From IMG/VR virus record IMGVR_UViG_3300045988_138952, positions 1 to 64,000 of that record: DNA of 64,000 nt; one strand, given 5' to 3'. The first letter of the stretch is position 1. The number at the start of each line of letters is the position of its first letter. The stretch is from a virus. Positions 16,911-27,598 of the stretch are shown piece after piece. The notes beneath the pieces are model-generated. The model did no database searches and had not been told where the DNA came from. It was given only the letters and a program-made list of their open reading frames with translations. The translations under genes were made by a program, and so were the position numbers.

Positions 16911-18656
16911 TTATTCAATTACAGCATACATTGTAGAATTATCTTTAGTACCGATACTATCATATTCAGTTTTAGTACGTTTAACAACTCTTTGTAGATT
17001 ATCGGAAGTGAGTATATCTTCTATAGAGGCAGCGCAGTCTTCATCATTGGGCATTAGTTTAAATCCCATACGCTTGGAAACAGGACCGTTATTAATATAA
17101 TAACTGATATTGCATTGCAAGTTATATTCTTCAGTTTCAGGGTCGTGAAAAGAGTAAATGCTACTAAGTTCAATACAATTATCTTTGCTATTATAACTGT
17201 GAAAATAATACTTGGTGTGGTTCGCTATAATATCCTGGATTATTTCTTTCAGATTATCAACCGAACCAAAGATGGTGTTTATAAGGTCTATTGCTTCCCT
17301 GTCTCTTTCGTTTTTATTGGTAACAAGATAAGTGCCCACAGAAACGTTAATAACCTTACCATAACCGATATTATTCGCATACTCCTTCGTCGCTATATTC
17401 GCCACTATTCCCGCAGGGGTTTCAGTAGTTGGACTAACACTTTGGTCGCCTGGTGCATATGTATCAGTATGAAGAATAACTTTTGCTTCATGAGAAGCAT
17501 AAAAGTGGTATTTGCCACCACCTCGTACAAAAACATAGCATGTATCAAAGTGGCTCAAATTACCTAAACCCCTCACAGGGTCTATATCTGCATGAACGAA
17601 ATCTGATAAGTATATAGTAATATTGCTATCACGATTAACGCCCCAAGCATTCGGAGCAAATTCCCAAATTTTACGAGTAGAAAAACCTCTCTCATGTTGA
17701 GACCATGACGGTTTTGTACCGCTATCTAATGATACCAGCACTTCTACTCGTATGTTCATTCTTTCTCCAGCAGCAATCGTAACCGGATACCATGTATTTT
17801 CATCCAACCCCGAAGTGTCAATCTCTGTAAGCTGCATCATGTAGCCAACACTACGAGCGCTTGAAATACTGTCATCGACATATTTCTTATCAGGAACTTC
17901 CGCCCAATCCCCATTCTTACGACCGTATGCCTTTCCATCAGTTGGCGCTTCGTCTATGCCGCCAATCTTCCCCTGGCTTACCCATTCACCGTTCACCCAT
18001 GCGTAGTAATCATAAGGAGCTTCCGTACCTACAGCCATGAACCCGTCAACTGCCGAACCATCAGGAACAGCGGATTTCAAGGCTTCAAGGGTGGCGTATT
18101 CGCCGGCTACACGGAAAGAGCTTCCCGGCTCGCCCTTGCAATAAATATCCGTCTTGTCGAAACTTTCCGTATTCTTGTTGTACACATAGACATAGTGGTC
18201 TTTGCCGATGTATGTCGGATTGTTGGCAATCTTTTCGGCTTCCTGGGCGGCTACATTAGCGGCTGTGGCTTTTTCTTCGGCATTGGATGCAGCGTTGTTT
18301 GCGGATTGGGTAGCCGCTTCTGCTCCTTCTTTAGCTGCGTTGACATCGGATGCAGCTTGTGCCGCCAGTCCTGCTTTCTCATTGGCGGAATTTGCGGCTG
18401 TCTGTGCTGCTGTGGCGTTGCTTTCTGCTTTAGTAGCGGCTGCATTTGCTTTATCGGCAGCTTCCAAAGCGGGAGCGGCTAACAATTCAAGTGGGGCACG
18501 TACAATCTTCGGCATGTCCTTCCCCTCTACTTCTTGATATGCGGGCAGAGATGTGATACCGTCCAAACTTTCCGCTTCCGGCACATCGCCAACACCTTGT
18601 GAACCTTTTTTTAGCTCATCTTCTATTTCTCGTAAATCCTGTTCTGTCCAAGCCAT
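16911..18656 (-). CDS. tail fibre protein (581 aa)
   Basis: Ala-rich coiled-coil repeat region (AADKANAAATKAESNATAAQTAANSANEKAG...) followed by a beta-rich C-terminal domain; position after the Tal-like gene. Confidence 0.7.
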   Translation of the reverse strand: MAWTEQDLREIEDELKKGSQGVGDVPEAESLDGITSLPAYQEVEGKDMPKIVRAPLELLAAPALEAADKANAAATKAESNATAAQTAANSANEKAGLAAQAASDVNAAKEGAEAATQSANNAASNAEEKATAANVAAQEAEKIANNPTYIGKDHYVYVYNKNTESFDKTDIYCKGEPGSSFRVAGEYATLEALKSAVPDGSAVDGFMAVGTEAPYDYYAWVNGEWVSQGKIGGIDEAPTDGKAYGRKNGDWAEVPDKKYVDDSISSARSVGYMMQLTEIDTSGLDENTWYPVTIAAGERMNIRVEVLVSLDSGTKPSWSQHERGFSTRKIWEFAPNAWGVNRDSNITIYLSDFVHADIDPVRGLGNLSHFDTCYVFVRGGGKYHFYASHEAKVILHTDTYAPGDQSVSPTTETPAGIVANIATKEYANNIGYGKVINVSVGTYLVTNKNERDREAIDLINTIFGSVDNLKEIIQDIIANHTKYYFHSYNSKDNCIELSSIYSFHDPETEEYNLQCNISYYINNGPVSKRMGFKLMPNDEDCAASIEDILTSDNLQRVVKRTKTEYDSIGTKDNSTMYAVIE

Positions 18657-18658
18657 AA

Positions 18659-18955
18659 TTATTCCTGTTTATCGGTTGCTTCTTCCGGTTGATTGTTGAT
18701 AGCACGATTGAGCGCGTCAATGAAGAAAGGTTTGCAAAAAGCATTTGCATGCTCTTGTATCAAGGATACTTCTTCATCGGTATACTCTGTCTCTTCATTG
18801 GAGTTGTATATCTTCAAAGCGAGTGCATGCGATGCGATACCGTTACCGTTCCGGTATAATACATTCGCAAAATTCTCTCTACAATCTATATTTTCACAAT
18901 GCTTACGGGTAATGTCCGTAGCAATCAGTAATTGTTTAAAATTTATCTTTTTCAT
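18659..18955 (-). CDS. hypothetical protein (98 aa)
   Basis: Track ORF between the Tal-like and fibre genes. Confidence 0.5.
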   Translation of the reverse strand: MKKINFKQLLIATDITRKHCENIDCRENFANVLYRNGNGIASHALALKIYNSNEETEYTDEEVSLIQEHANAFCKPFFIDALNRAINNQPEEATDKQE

Positions 18956-18973
18956 GAGTTATAATTATTAGTA

Positions 18974-21900
18974 TTATCCACAGTAAAAATGAACCCAATA
19001 ACTGCCGTCAAAAACGAAAAAGCAGGATATTTGACTGATTGAAGAAGCGTTCGTTGTGCCTCTGTTATTGGAATTCATTAGGTTTCCTTTTACCCAAACA
19101 TTCCGGTTCAATTGGTTCTTCAAATATACAATCCGACCCGTAACAGCCGAACTTGGAAGAAACAGGGTAGGGTCAAATCTTATATCCGGTCCTCCATATA
19201 TGATAATATCATCGGTATCACTGACTGTATAGCTCGGTGGGGCAGACATTATACTGCTGCCTAAATTGCGGACGCCCGCAGCAAATCCGGAAGCCTGCAA
19301 TCTGTTTATTCTTACCGATTCACCGCTCCTGGCATTTAATTCTACATTGCCCAATGCTTCTATCGCACAAGTATCATATCCAGCCTGAGCTATTACTCTT
19401 ACACCGATTGAATGGTCACCGTAGGCACTCAGACTAAGTGCCGTAATCCCATCTCCACGAATACCGCACATTACCCCGGAAGAGACATTCACTTCAAAAA
19501 ATTTTCCACCATTCTTGCCTATCCTCAATGTCGCAGTCGGATTTTCCTTTTCGTTTTCAAGTCCTCTGTCGGTTATTTTGAATGCACCGATATACCCGCT
19601 ATCTGCTGTTATATCTCCCGTAAAAAAGCCATTATGACATTCGATAGAGCCATCTTCGTGTATCTTGATATTTCCATTGGCGGTAATTATACCTTCCAAC
19701 TTAATATGTTGCGACTTTAACGTTATACTTTCCGCCGACACATTAAACAAGGACGAAGCTTTTACTCCATTTTCAAACTCCGCAGCAGCCCAAATCTTGA
19801 CACCATCCGCAGTGGTTAACCATCCCGCGCTTTTGCTTTCAAGATTGGATGTTCTTTTTGCCACAGCTTCAATCTTTTCATTGGTTTGGCTTAGCTGGGT
19901 TTCAAACTTTGTTATCATATCCTCGTAGGCATTATCGGTCAATGCTAACGAATGTATGTATATATCCCCCGTAAACTTCAATTCAAAGTCGCCCGTTCCG
20001 TCCCATGTGCCGGAATACTCTTTCATTCCGTATTCCTCGCCCGGTTCAAGACGTTCAGTGAAATGCAGGTTCTGACCGGGAAATCCTATTGTCAGCGTTC
20101 CGGCTGTAGCTACCCTGTACCGGAAAGAGATAAAGAACTTCTTCGGTTCTTCTCCTTCCTCATAGGTAGGCTTATTGGCTAAGTCCGCATTGGACTGTTT
20201 TATTCCGGAAGAAAGAATACGAAGCACGTTTCTATCCCCGTCTCTGATAATGGCAGCCATAGCATCCTTGCGGGAATAGAACTTGTCGTTAACCAATAAG
20301 AACTTCCCGTTTACAGTAAAGAAACGAACATTGTTCTTTGTCTCCCAACCGTTCGTATTGCTTGCAAATGATGCGTTATACAGATAATTATCCTTTGCCT
20401 GCACCTCGTCAAGCACTTTGGAGATTTCAGAGTAAATCAAATCTTCCAATATCTTGAACTGGGTCATAATGTTTATTCCCGTTTTCAAGATAAAGTCTCC
20501 CATGAACTTATTGCCTTGCGGACTGATAACCGTCACTTCCTTGCCTGCTAAAGAATAGGAATCTATCCCGGCATACTGATGGATACTCGGTGCATCATCG
20601 CCATACACGGACAAGGTGATTGCGTTCTGACGCTTCTTGTCTGTTCTGTTGCCGAGTTGTACAAGGCTATCGCCTTCCTGCGGTATGTCGCTGTTTGCGT
20701 CACAGTCCGTTTTGCTAAGGTCTATATAATCCTCGCCAACACCGACACATAAGCGCCAATAGTAACGGTTGGATACATTCTCATAGACACCCGGTTTGAT
20801 ATTGAACTCCTGGAAACGTATTTGGTCTCCTTCCTTGAACGGGTTTTCAACGGCTGTTTCTTTATCATCAACCAACAGATAGCATCGCCAAAAACCTCCA
20901 TGTTCTTCTACTTTGCCGCATTTCATTCCGGCGGCAGTAAACATGTAGTTTCCGCCTGCATAAGAGAGTTTCTTTATCTCCAGTTCGGAGAACATCGCCT
21001 TGATACGCACAAAGAGTTCGTCCACTTCAATGTAGGATTTACCCGTCTTGCTGTCTACTTTAATGACAAAGCCTTCACCGAGAGCACCGGAAGAAAAGTT
21101 CATGGACTGGATGTAGTCTGAAAACAATCCACCTAAGAACTTTATTAAATAGCTGGTTTGGTCTGGTTTGGTTTTATTCAAAAACAGCTTTTCTCCAAAG
21201 GCTTTAATGATTGATTCCACTTGTTGGGTAGTTAATCCTCCACCGCCTTGCCCGCCTACAATTGAGTCTATCTGATTCTGTATCTTTTCTAAAGTTCCTA
21301 CCGCTTTGTCATTGCGAAGGGTAATATCATGCGTTGGGATGAGAGCGTCTCCTTCCTTTATTGTAAGGCTGTCAATAATAATGCTCCCGTTGATGTTTAA
21401 GTCTTCATCCTCGAATAACATTAAATCACCTTCCTTTATACTGTCATGCAGTTCCGGGTGACGCGCCATAAATATTTCGTCTACTTTAGGCTCGTAAGTA
21501 TATCTTACATAATCATTTTTTGCAAGATATTCTTTGGAAGCTGTTAGCAATCTTTGGGAAGCGGCTTTTATATACACATCCGGCATATCAATGCCCAAAA
21601 GCACAAATTTATCTCCGGCCTTGATAGTAAAATCCTTATATGGGAAATAAAGATTCAAACCTTCATCATAGACTCTGTTGCATGTCAAGACCCACATGTC
21701 ACCTTGTTTTACGGGCTTGTCTGCATCTCTAAGTATTTCAAATTCACGTCCACCACACATTCCGCCTTTCATGGATATGGTGGGAGTTTCATCGGTAAAG
21801 TAATCGTTTATGTCAAATCCAATGTCTTTGAGATATATTTTGAACGGTGTGATGGTTTCCCCCTCTTCAAAGTAGCCATCATCCGCGATTGGCGTATTAT

Positions 21901-23203
21901 CCTTATTCACAGAATCGGAAACGATTTCATCCAACGCTCCGGTAGCATTTACGATTATTCCCGCGTCTTTCAACTGCTGTGCCGTCATTCCTTCCATAGA
22001 CGGATATATTTCCGGCAAAGAAGTATCGCTCCCGTCAAAGAAAACCGAACCTTCCCGAACTCCGATAATATCTATGTTTTTACTATCAAGGTATGGGTCA
22101 AGTGTCTTTTCTGGAAAATCAGGAAGCATCAAGTTTTTAACAGCCATATTATTGGGGACTAATGCTCCGGAAGGTCTTTTGTACTTTCTTGGAACATTGT
22201 CCGTCTCAATGCCTTTTTCTATCCGCATCTTTGCGCCTATGCGGACGTTGTCCTTGTCGGCTTCGCTATTCAACAAAACGTAGCATTTCCCAAGAAAGCT
22301 ACCTCTTCTCATTTTATAAGAGTGCCCATTAATTGTCACATCATACAATGCTGTGTCGGATAGGAATTTCATATAAAAAGGAAGAGTCACAACAGCGCCG
22401 TCTATCAAATGTGTATTAGGGTCATATCCGTAAGATACATCCTCGATGGGAGCTTCGACAATAGGACTTCCATATGTTGTATAATAGTTGTACGGTAAGT
22501 TTTTGGTACCACCATATGCTCTTAGGCGGGTAATTATCTTCTGTGACGAGTCCGCGGTTTTTTGTATGGAGTACAGCCCTTTTCCCTTTCCATACCCGAA
22601 CATGTTTCCTACTGCAATTCCGGCAGTGCCTATTGTTATCGTTCGCCCCCTTATGATAAAGTTTGCCTTAAACTCGCTATTTACTAAAGCGAGTGCGTCC
22701 CAAACGTTTATACTGCTTATTGATATGGATTTGTTAGTCTCATTAACATATTCGGGATGCACCGTAACCGTCCATTTTTGCTCTCCTTTATAGATACGGT
22801 CAAGGTTCACCTGTATTCTTTCTGCGAGAGCATTTATGCTTTCAGCGTAAAAACTGAATGTAGGTAGGGAAGAGTAGTGAATTAAGTTATCCTCTTTTAC
22901 ATAGTCCAGGAATTCGCATCTTGTCAGTTCATCTGCAAGAGAGTTGAAAACTACGTTCTCATATTTGAAAGCCTCTCCGTATGTATTTTTGGAGGCTTGC
23001 TTCAATTCAGTAGGGTCGTAGTTTATTTCAAATCTTTCTCCGCGATATATCAGATAGTCCCCGACTGTAAAATCAATCGGAGTGGGGGACGTAACGGTAA
23101 TGTTAACGGAACAAGCTCCCATGAACTCTCCGTTATACTCTAACTTGTTAGCGACACATCGTTGCATCCGCCCGTCTTTGCTGTATATTATAAACCGTCC
23201 CAT
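18974..23203 (-). CDS. large tail-tip / baseplate protein (Tal-like, 1409 aa)
   Basis: Size and position immediately after the Dit-like gene; overlapping ATGs. Confidence 0.65.
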   Translation of the reverse strand: MGRFIIYSKDGRMQRCVANKLEYNGEFMGACSVNITVTSPTPIDFTVGDYLIYRGERFEINYDPTELKQASKNTYGEAFKYENVVFNSLADELTRCEFLDYVKEDNLIHYSSLPTFSFYAESINALAERIQVNLDRIYKGEQKWTVTVHPEYVNETNKSISISSINVWDALALVNSEFKANFIIRGRTITIGTAGIAVGNMFGYGKGKGLYSIQKTADSSQKIITRLRAYGGTKNLPYNYYTTYGSPIVEAPIEDVSYGYDPNTHLIDGAVVTLPFYMKFLSDTALYDVTINGHSYKMRRGSFLGKCYVLLNSEADKDNVRIGAKMRIEKGIETDNVPRKYKRPSGALVPNNMAVKNLMLPDFPEKTLDPYLDSKNIDIIGVREGSVFFDGSDTSLPEIYPSMEGMTAQQLKDAGIIVNATGALDEIVSDSVNKDNTPIADDGYFEEGETITPFKIYLKDIGFDINDYFTDETPTISMKGGMCGGREFEILRDADKPVKQGDMWVLTCNRVYDEGLNLYFPYKDFTIKAGDKFVLLGIDMPDVYIKAASQRLLTASKEYLAKNDYVRYTYEPKVDEIFMARHPELHDSIKEGDLMLFEDEDLNINGSIIIDSLTIKEGDALIPTHDITLRNDKAVGTLEKIQNQIDSIVGGQGGGGLTTQQVESIIKAFGEKLFLNKTKPDQTSYLIKFLGGLFSDYIQSMNFSSGALGEGFVIKVDSKTGKSYIEVDELFVRIKAMFSELEIKKLSYAGGNYMFTAAGMKCGKVEEHGGFWRCYLLVDDKETAVENPFKEGDQIRFQEFNIKPGVYENVSNRYYWRLCVGVGEDYIDLSKTDCDANSDIPQEGDSLVQLGNRTDKKRQNAITLSVYGDDAPSIHQYAGIDSYSLAGKEVTVISPQGNKFMGDFILKTGINIMTQFKILEDLIYSEISKVLDEVQAKDNYLYNASFASNTNGWETKNNVRFFTVNGKFLLVNDKFYSRKDAMAAIIRDGDRNVLRILSSGIKQSNADLANKPTYEEGEEPKKFFISFRYRVATAGTLTIGFPGQNLHFTERLEPGEEYGMKEYSGTWDGTGDFELKFTGDIYIHSLALTDNAYEDMITKFETQLSQTNEKIEAVAKRTSNLESKSAGWLTTADGVKIWAAAEFENGVKASSLFNVSAESITLKSQHIKLEGIITANGNIKIHEDGSIECHNGFFTGDITADSGYIGAFKITDRGLENEKENPTATLRIGKNGGKFFEVNVSSGVMCGIRGDGITALSLSAYGDHSIGVRVIAQAGYDTCAIEALGNVELNARSGESVRINRLQASGFAAGVRNLGSSIMSAPPSYTVSDTDDIIIYGGPDIRFDPTLFLPSSAVTGRIVYLKNQLNRNVWVKGNLMNSNNRGTTNASSISQISCFFVFDGSYWVHFYCG

Positions 23204-23673
23204 TATGCCGTAAGAATAATTTGTGTTTTAGGGTCGGTTACCCGAAATGTAATGTTGAAAGTTACGACATCTCCCTCATCCGTCTTGCGGACAAAAAGGT
23301 CGGGTTTTATAGATTTAAAATAAACCCCCTGTCTGCCTATTTGGGTATAGGTGTCATAAACTTTTAATTCTGTTCCGTAACCGTCTTTTCCTATCAGATA
23401 GTCCAGGAAGGCGACAATCTTTTCATTGGCTGTTCCCATATCACCTTTATAGGCAAACTCTACTTCTATATCATAGGCTTGCACGTAGAGTTCTTCGGGG
23501 AAAAAGGTGTCTTCTCCGTCTTGGTCTATCCAGTCCCTTTTGGGCAAATCCTTAATATCTCCATATACAGTAAAAGGAAAGTCCTTGCACACAATCCCCC
23601 ATTGGGATTTGGTGTCAATAACAGGACTCCCCAGCTTACTTTTCTGAAAATAGATACTGTAAGGCTTTGCCAT
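23203..23673 (-). CDS. distal tail protein (Dit)-like
   Basis: 156 aa, directly upstream of and overlapping the Tal-like gene; assigned by position only. Confidence 0.5.
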   Translation of the reverse strand: MAKPYSIYFQKSKLGSPVIDTKSQWGIVCKDFPFTVYGDIKDLPKRDWIDQDGEDTFFPEELYVQAYDIEVEFAYKGDMGTANEKIVAFLDYLIGKDGYGTELKVYDTYTQIGRQGVYFKSIKPDLFVRKTDEGDVVTFNITFRVTDPKTQIILTA

Positions 23674-23702
23674 GTGTTATTTTGAGTTTGTGTTGTAAAA
23701 AC

Positions 23703-23748
23703 AAAAAGAGCCAATCAACGGCATGCCCGTTAATCAGCTCTTTGGCTT
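23703..23748 (-). terminator. conserved late-leader terminator element, copy 1
   Basis: Minus strand CAAGCCAAAGAGCTGATTAACGGgcatgCCGTTGATTGGCTCTTTTTG, 30 nt upstream of the Dit ATG; near-identical flanks to 40158-40203. Confidence 0.6.
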
Positions 23749-23763
23749 GTTATATCAATACTG

Positions 23764-23771
23764 CAAATATA
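23764..23771 (-). promoter_or_regulatory. -7 promoter box TATATTTG (minus strand)
   Basis: Plus strand caaatata; about 16 nt upstream of the terminator element. Confidence 0.45.
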
Positions 23772-23851
23772 TGGTGTATTTTCTAAATAATCAAGTAAAA
23801 GGTTAGAAAATTGATATAGTTATCCGGCTTACATTATATTTGCAATGAATA

Positions 23852-24025
23852 CTACCTTTCGGGTGACACGATTTTCATGTAGGGGTTCTTTACCCGCTTC
23901 TCTTTGAGCTTCCTTTCAAGTTTTTCCATCCTTTCGTACATCAGTTCAATATCTTCGGATAAGTGCAATAATTGAAGTTTGAGGAGCTTGTTCTCTTTCT
24001 GCAAGTTATGTATCTTTTCTTCCAT
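23852..24025 (-). CDS. small coiled-coil protein (57 aa, below track cutoff)
   Basis: Hand translation MEEKIHNLQKENKLLKLQLLHLSEDIELMYERMEKLERKLKEKR... Confidence 0.35.
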   Translation of the reverse strand: MEEKIHNLQKENKLLKLQLLHLSEDIELMYERMEKLERKLKEKRVKNPYMKIVSPER

Positions 24026-24366
24026 GATGAATATTTGTTTTAGTCGTTATTCCTGCCATCTGCCCGCCAGCCGTATTACTGACGGGGTATCATAACGTGA
24101 ACGTTGGTCGAACCTCAACGTGCATCTATGCTAACATGTGGCAATATTTCCTTATTAAGGCTTCTAAGGTCGAAATCTGACTTAGAGGCGCTTGGGTTGT
24201 ATTTTGATATAGACATAGGGGCAAGAAGCGCCATTATTTCCAGCTTCTCCTGCTGTATATCGAGTATTACTTCATCCAGTATTTCTTAATTCTTCCATTT
24301 TCGTTTTGGATATAGTTGTGGCTGTCGGGCATTGGAACCGACTGCCGGATGATTAAAATAGCGTGA

Positions 24367-24684
24367 TTAGTATTTTTTCATGCAGCTAACGAATAAGGCT
24401 ATGATAGATATAAGGACGCCTACAATGGCAAGTATTAAATTCCAATTGATAGGATTGTGTAAGTTGGGGTTAACGGCAAGATAGTGCTTGCCCTCTTCGG
24501 TGAGTTTGACACTCCATACATAACCGCCAACCACATAATTGGCTTTCACCAATCCTTTCCTCTCAATGGAACGGATGGAAGCAGTAAATACATGCTTCGG
24601 GTATGTTGCCGGGCATTCTCCGCCAAACTCTGCAACAATCCGAAATGCTTGTTTCTCTTCCTTTGACAACCTTATCCGTTCCAT
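24367..24684 (-). CDS. membrane-anchored winged-helix-like protein (105 aa)
   Basis: Soluble N-terminal domain plus C-terminal TM LILAIVGVLISIIALFVSC. Confidence 0.5.
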   Translation of the reverse strand: MERIRLSKEEKQAFRIVAEFGGECPATYPKHVFTASIRSIERKGLVKANYVVGGYVWSVKLTEEGKHYLAVNPNLHNPINWNLILAIVGVLISIIALFVSCMKKY

Positions 24685-24744
24685 AACCTACTCGTTTTCT
24701 GCAAATTTACTAAATACTACGCAAATATGTGTTGTTGTGCTATA

Positions 24745-25509
24745 CTATTTTATAGGCGAAATCTTTCTGTCAGAAGGCTTTCCGCCAAATAGATGGTTGA
24801 TGTAGGCAAGACCTTTTGGTTTGCAAAACACCTTTTGGCATAATATGTCTGGGTGGTTGTCTCTGCGTATTGGCGGCAACAGCGTCATTTCAAAGTAGCC
24901 TGCGTCAATATACTTTTGTTTCGGTTCGTTCCTGTCTTTAAAGAATATGCCCGCATCCCTTAGCTTCCCGAAAAGGGTGTTCCTCCCAAAACCGAGATTG
25001 AGTATCTTTGCGGCTTGACCTATGTCTACTTTGCCCTCTGCTTTGAAAGCGGCTTCGGCAAAATCGGCTTTAGGCTGGAGTTTGGTAATCTTTGCATCTT
25101 TCTGCTCGATTTGCTTTTGTTGCTGCTCTGTTTCAATACGGAGTTGTTCCTTTTCCTTTTCAGAAGCTACTAACGCTTCCAATGCCTCAAGATAAGTTTG
25201 TGGAGTCTTGATAACTTTTTTCTCATTTTCGAGGTATTCTAAACGGTTGATTATTCTTTCGCGCAGAACCGCATCATAACCTGATGCAAGAATAAGACAA
25301 CCTTTAGGGGTGAGATTAAAACAAGGGCTTTGCCTATTAGATTTGTCAGTGTAAGAGGTCTCCACAAAATTGTGGGCAGCTACTCCTTGTTTGAGTAAGT
25401 TCCTGATGTCTCGTAAGATAGCATCATGCCTTTTACCCGTGACCTCTGCTATTTGAAGAGAGGTCATACCTTTCTGATTTGGAATTAACTCATTCGTTGT
25501 GTCAAGCAT
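24745..25509 (-). CDS. Rha-family regulatory protein fused to KilAC/ANT domain (second antirepressor-type gene)
   Basis: MTSLQIAEVTGKRHDAILRDIRNLL (Rha-like) and AAKILNLGFGRNTLFGKLRDAGIFF..YIDAGYFEM (KilAC-like). Start moved to internal ATG 25509. Confidence 0.8.
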   Translation of the reverse strand: MLDTTNELIPNQKGMTSLQIAEVTGKRHDAILRDIRNLLKQGVAAHNFVETSYTDKSNRQSPCFNLTPKGCLILASGYDAVLRERIINRLEYLENEKKVIKTPQTYLEALEALVASEKEKEQLRIETEQQQKQIEQKDAKITKLQPKADFAEAAFKAEGKVDIGQAAKILNLGFGRNTLFGKLRDAGIFFKDRNEPKQKYIDAGYFEMTLLPPIRRDNHPDILCQKVFCKPKGLAYINHLFGGKPSDRKISPIK

Positions 25510-25525
25510 ATTATAACGAATTATG

Positions 25526-25618
25526 ATAAAAAGAAACCCTCCGTAGGTGTGCTTGACACAACATACGCAGGGCATAGAAGTCGCAGATTGTTTCCTTTCT
25601 GCCACCTTAGAGGGTTTC
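25526..25618 (-). terminator. promoter-proximal long hairpin with T5 in the antirepressor leader
   Basis: Minus strand arms GAAACCCTCTAAGGTG / CACCTACGGAGGGTTTC followed by TTTTT; ends 17 nt before ATG 25509. Confidence 0.5.
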
Positions 25619-25685
25619 CCAATATCTTGTACAAAATTTGTTCGCTTTATTTTGCCCAAGAGTTATTATGTTGTATCAAGCACCG

Positions 25686-25693
25686 CAAAGATA
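25686..25693 (-). promoter_or_regulatory. -7 promoter box TATCTTTG (minus strand)
   Basis: Plus strand caaagata. Confidence 0.45.
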
Positions 25694-25823
25694 GCCCTTA
25701 TCTTTGAAATAGCAAACTTCTTATAAGAAAATTAATTAATTTCGTTTGTTTTCTAAGTTGTTATGCAAATATATAGAAAATTGACCGATTTGTCTAATTT
25801 AGTACATTATAAAAACAATAAAC

Positions 25824-26393
25824 ATGTTATATAACATGCTATATATAACGACAATGGATGTTAATAAAGAAGTATCTTTGCTACATGTTTTAATAAATAA
25901 TAAAAGTAGTATGGAAGATTTTATAATGGGACTTATTTACATCTTCTCATTTATATGGGGGATTCTTAGTATTATACTTTTCTTTAAAGTATGGGGAATG
26001 ACAAATAGGGTAATTGACATTCAAAATCTATTTGAAAAGCATTCTAAGAACGTTGATGATAAATTAGGGGTTTTGATTTCAACATTAGAAAAGATGAAAG
26101 AAATGCCAAAAATAGAATTAAATCCTAATAAAGTGGAAATAAAACAGCCGGAAGATTGTGAGGCAGATGTGGTTAAAAACACTAATATGAGTGTAAGAAA
26201 AAGAAGAGAAGCTAAAGTGTTGTCGCAAAAAATAGAAAAGGAAATTGATAAATCTTCTAATGAGTTTAAGCAAAAATTACATAAGTGGCAGGTTTTAAAA
26301 GAAAAAGGTTTTATAGAACAAGCTATTGAAGAATACCAAGAATATACAGGTCTTGATTATGATGAAGCTGTTGAATTTATTAAAGATTTGTAA
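25824..26393 (+). CDS. membrane protein, start uncertain
   Basis: TM LIYIFSFIWGILSIILFFKVWG then charged region; AT-rich island. Confidence 0.45.
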   Translation: MLYNMLYITTMDVNKEVSLLHVLINNKSSMEDFIMGLIYIFSFIWGILSIILFFKVWGMTNRVIDIQNLFEKHSKNVDDKLGVLISTLEKMKEMPKIELNPNKVEIKQPEDCEADVVKNTNMSVRKRREAKVLSQKIEKEIDKSSNEFKQKLHKWQVLKEKGFIEQAIEEYQEYTGLDYDEAVEFIKDL

Positions 26394-26423
26394 TTAGTAT
26401 TTATGTTTTAATTTTAGATTAAT

Positions 26424-27446
26424 ATGAGCCAAGAACAACAGAATAATGGTATGTCAGAAATTGGGGGTATAATATTAGGGGCAGGTATATTGATGGCAGC
26501 TATTGCAATATTTTCAGGTCATTATATTTTAGGAGGGGCTTTAGGAGGGGTTGCTATTGCCATATCTAAGGCTGTGAGTAAATCAGATAATGAAAAAGAA
26601 AGAGAAGAAAGGCAACAAGAATTGCGAAGAAAAAAAGAATTGGAAGATGAAAAAAGAAAGGAAAAGGAAGAAGCAGAAAAAGAAGAAAGAATAAAAAAAT
26701 ATGGTGAAATATCTTATGAATATCAGTCCAAATGTCCGTATTCCAAAATAGAGGTGTATGAAGCAACCAAAGTTGTATATCTTAAATATGGAGAAGAAAC
26801 ATGGATGTTTAATTTCTCTGATGTCATAAAAGTAGATATATATGAGGACGGACGAATTAGTTCGTCTACTACTTCTGCAAGCGGGACTTCAAAAGCTAAA
26901 ACCTCAAGCATGCTGGGTAGGGCGGCCGTAGGAGGTGTACTTTTAGGCGGCACAGGAGCGGTAATCGGAGGGGCTACAGGTAAAAGAGGGATTGAAGGAA
27001 CTTCTACTACAAAAACGCAAGAAGTGGTTATTTACTCAATGGTTATAACGATTAACAACCTATCAATGCCAACCATTCAAATAAAAGCGAAGTATGAAGA
27101 AGCCAAAGAGTTTATAAAGAGAGTAAGTTCCATATTGTCTATCATAATAGAAAGGCAAGATAAAGATGCTGACGACGATGCTAAAATACAGATATTACAT
27201 GAGGGGAATGAATATTCAGAAGTGAATATTGATATATTAAAATTATTATCTGATACTTATGGGGAAGGTAGAATAAAAGGCCTACCGAAAGCTCTTGAAT
27301 TGTACAAAGAAAAAGTAAACAAAGATGGTTCTAATTTTACTGAATATTTGGAAGAAATAGTGACATTAGATGATGAGATATTGTCGAATAACGAAAAGAA
27401 TGTTTTATTGTCTGATATATCATTTATAAAACGCATGAATAAATAA
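26424..27446 (+). CDS. membrane protein with Glu/Lys-rich coiled coil and glycine-zipper segment (340 aa)
   Basis: N-terminal TMs, EKEREERQQELRRKKELEDEKRKEKEEAEKEE, then GRAAVGGVLLGGTGAVIGGATG. Confidence 0.55.
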   Translation: MSQEQQNNGMSEIGGIILGAGILMAAIAIFSGHYILGGALGGVAIAISKAVSKSDNEKEREERQQELRRKKELEDEKRKEKEEAEKEERIKKYGEISYEYQSKCPYSKIEVYEATKVVYLKYGEETWMFNFSDVIKVDIYEDGRISSSTTSASGTSKAKTSSMLGRAAVGGVLLGGTGAVIGGATGKRGIEGTSTTKTQEVVIYSMVITINNLSMPTIQIKAKYEEAKEFIKRVSSILSIIIERQDKDADDDAKIQILHEGNEYSEVNIDILKLLSDTYGEGRIKGLPKALELYKEKVNKDGSNFTEYLEEIVTLDDEILSNNEKNVLLSDISFIKRMNK

Positions 27447-27475
27447 ATGTTTTGTATTTAATATCACATCAAGTC

Positions 27476-27504
27476 AAGCGGAGTTTCTCCGCTTTTCTTG
27501 TTTT
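27476..27504 (+). terminator. intrinsic terminator
   Basis: AAGCGGAG-ttt-CTCCGCTT followed by a T-rich tract. Confidence 0.6.
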
Positions 27505-27598
27505 GTGGCATATCGCTTGTTCTACCGATTATGGTAATAATTGCCACAATATTATAAATATGAGAAAGCATGGGAAAAAGTCAAAAGACATCCAAGCA

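Noticed and set aside
15694-17100. Plus-strand track ORFs 15694-16299 and 16753-17100 in the AT-rich segment
   Set aside because: They run antisense to a minus-strand operon and have low-complexity hydrophobic translations. The minus strand gives two coherent ORFs once the G9 tracts are accounted for.
18195-18537. Plus-strand ORFs (95 and 111 aa) and the minus-strand ORF 18251-18445 inside the fibre gene
   Set aside because: They are off-frame or antisense readings of the Ala-rich GC-biased repeat region of the 581-aa fibre gene. No independent start context supports them.
11333-23203. Diversity-generating retroelement targeting the fibre genes
   Set aside because: No reverse-transcriptase-like ORF exists anywhere in the window. 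I found no template/variable repeat pair near the fibre C-termini by eye.
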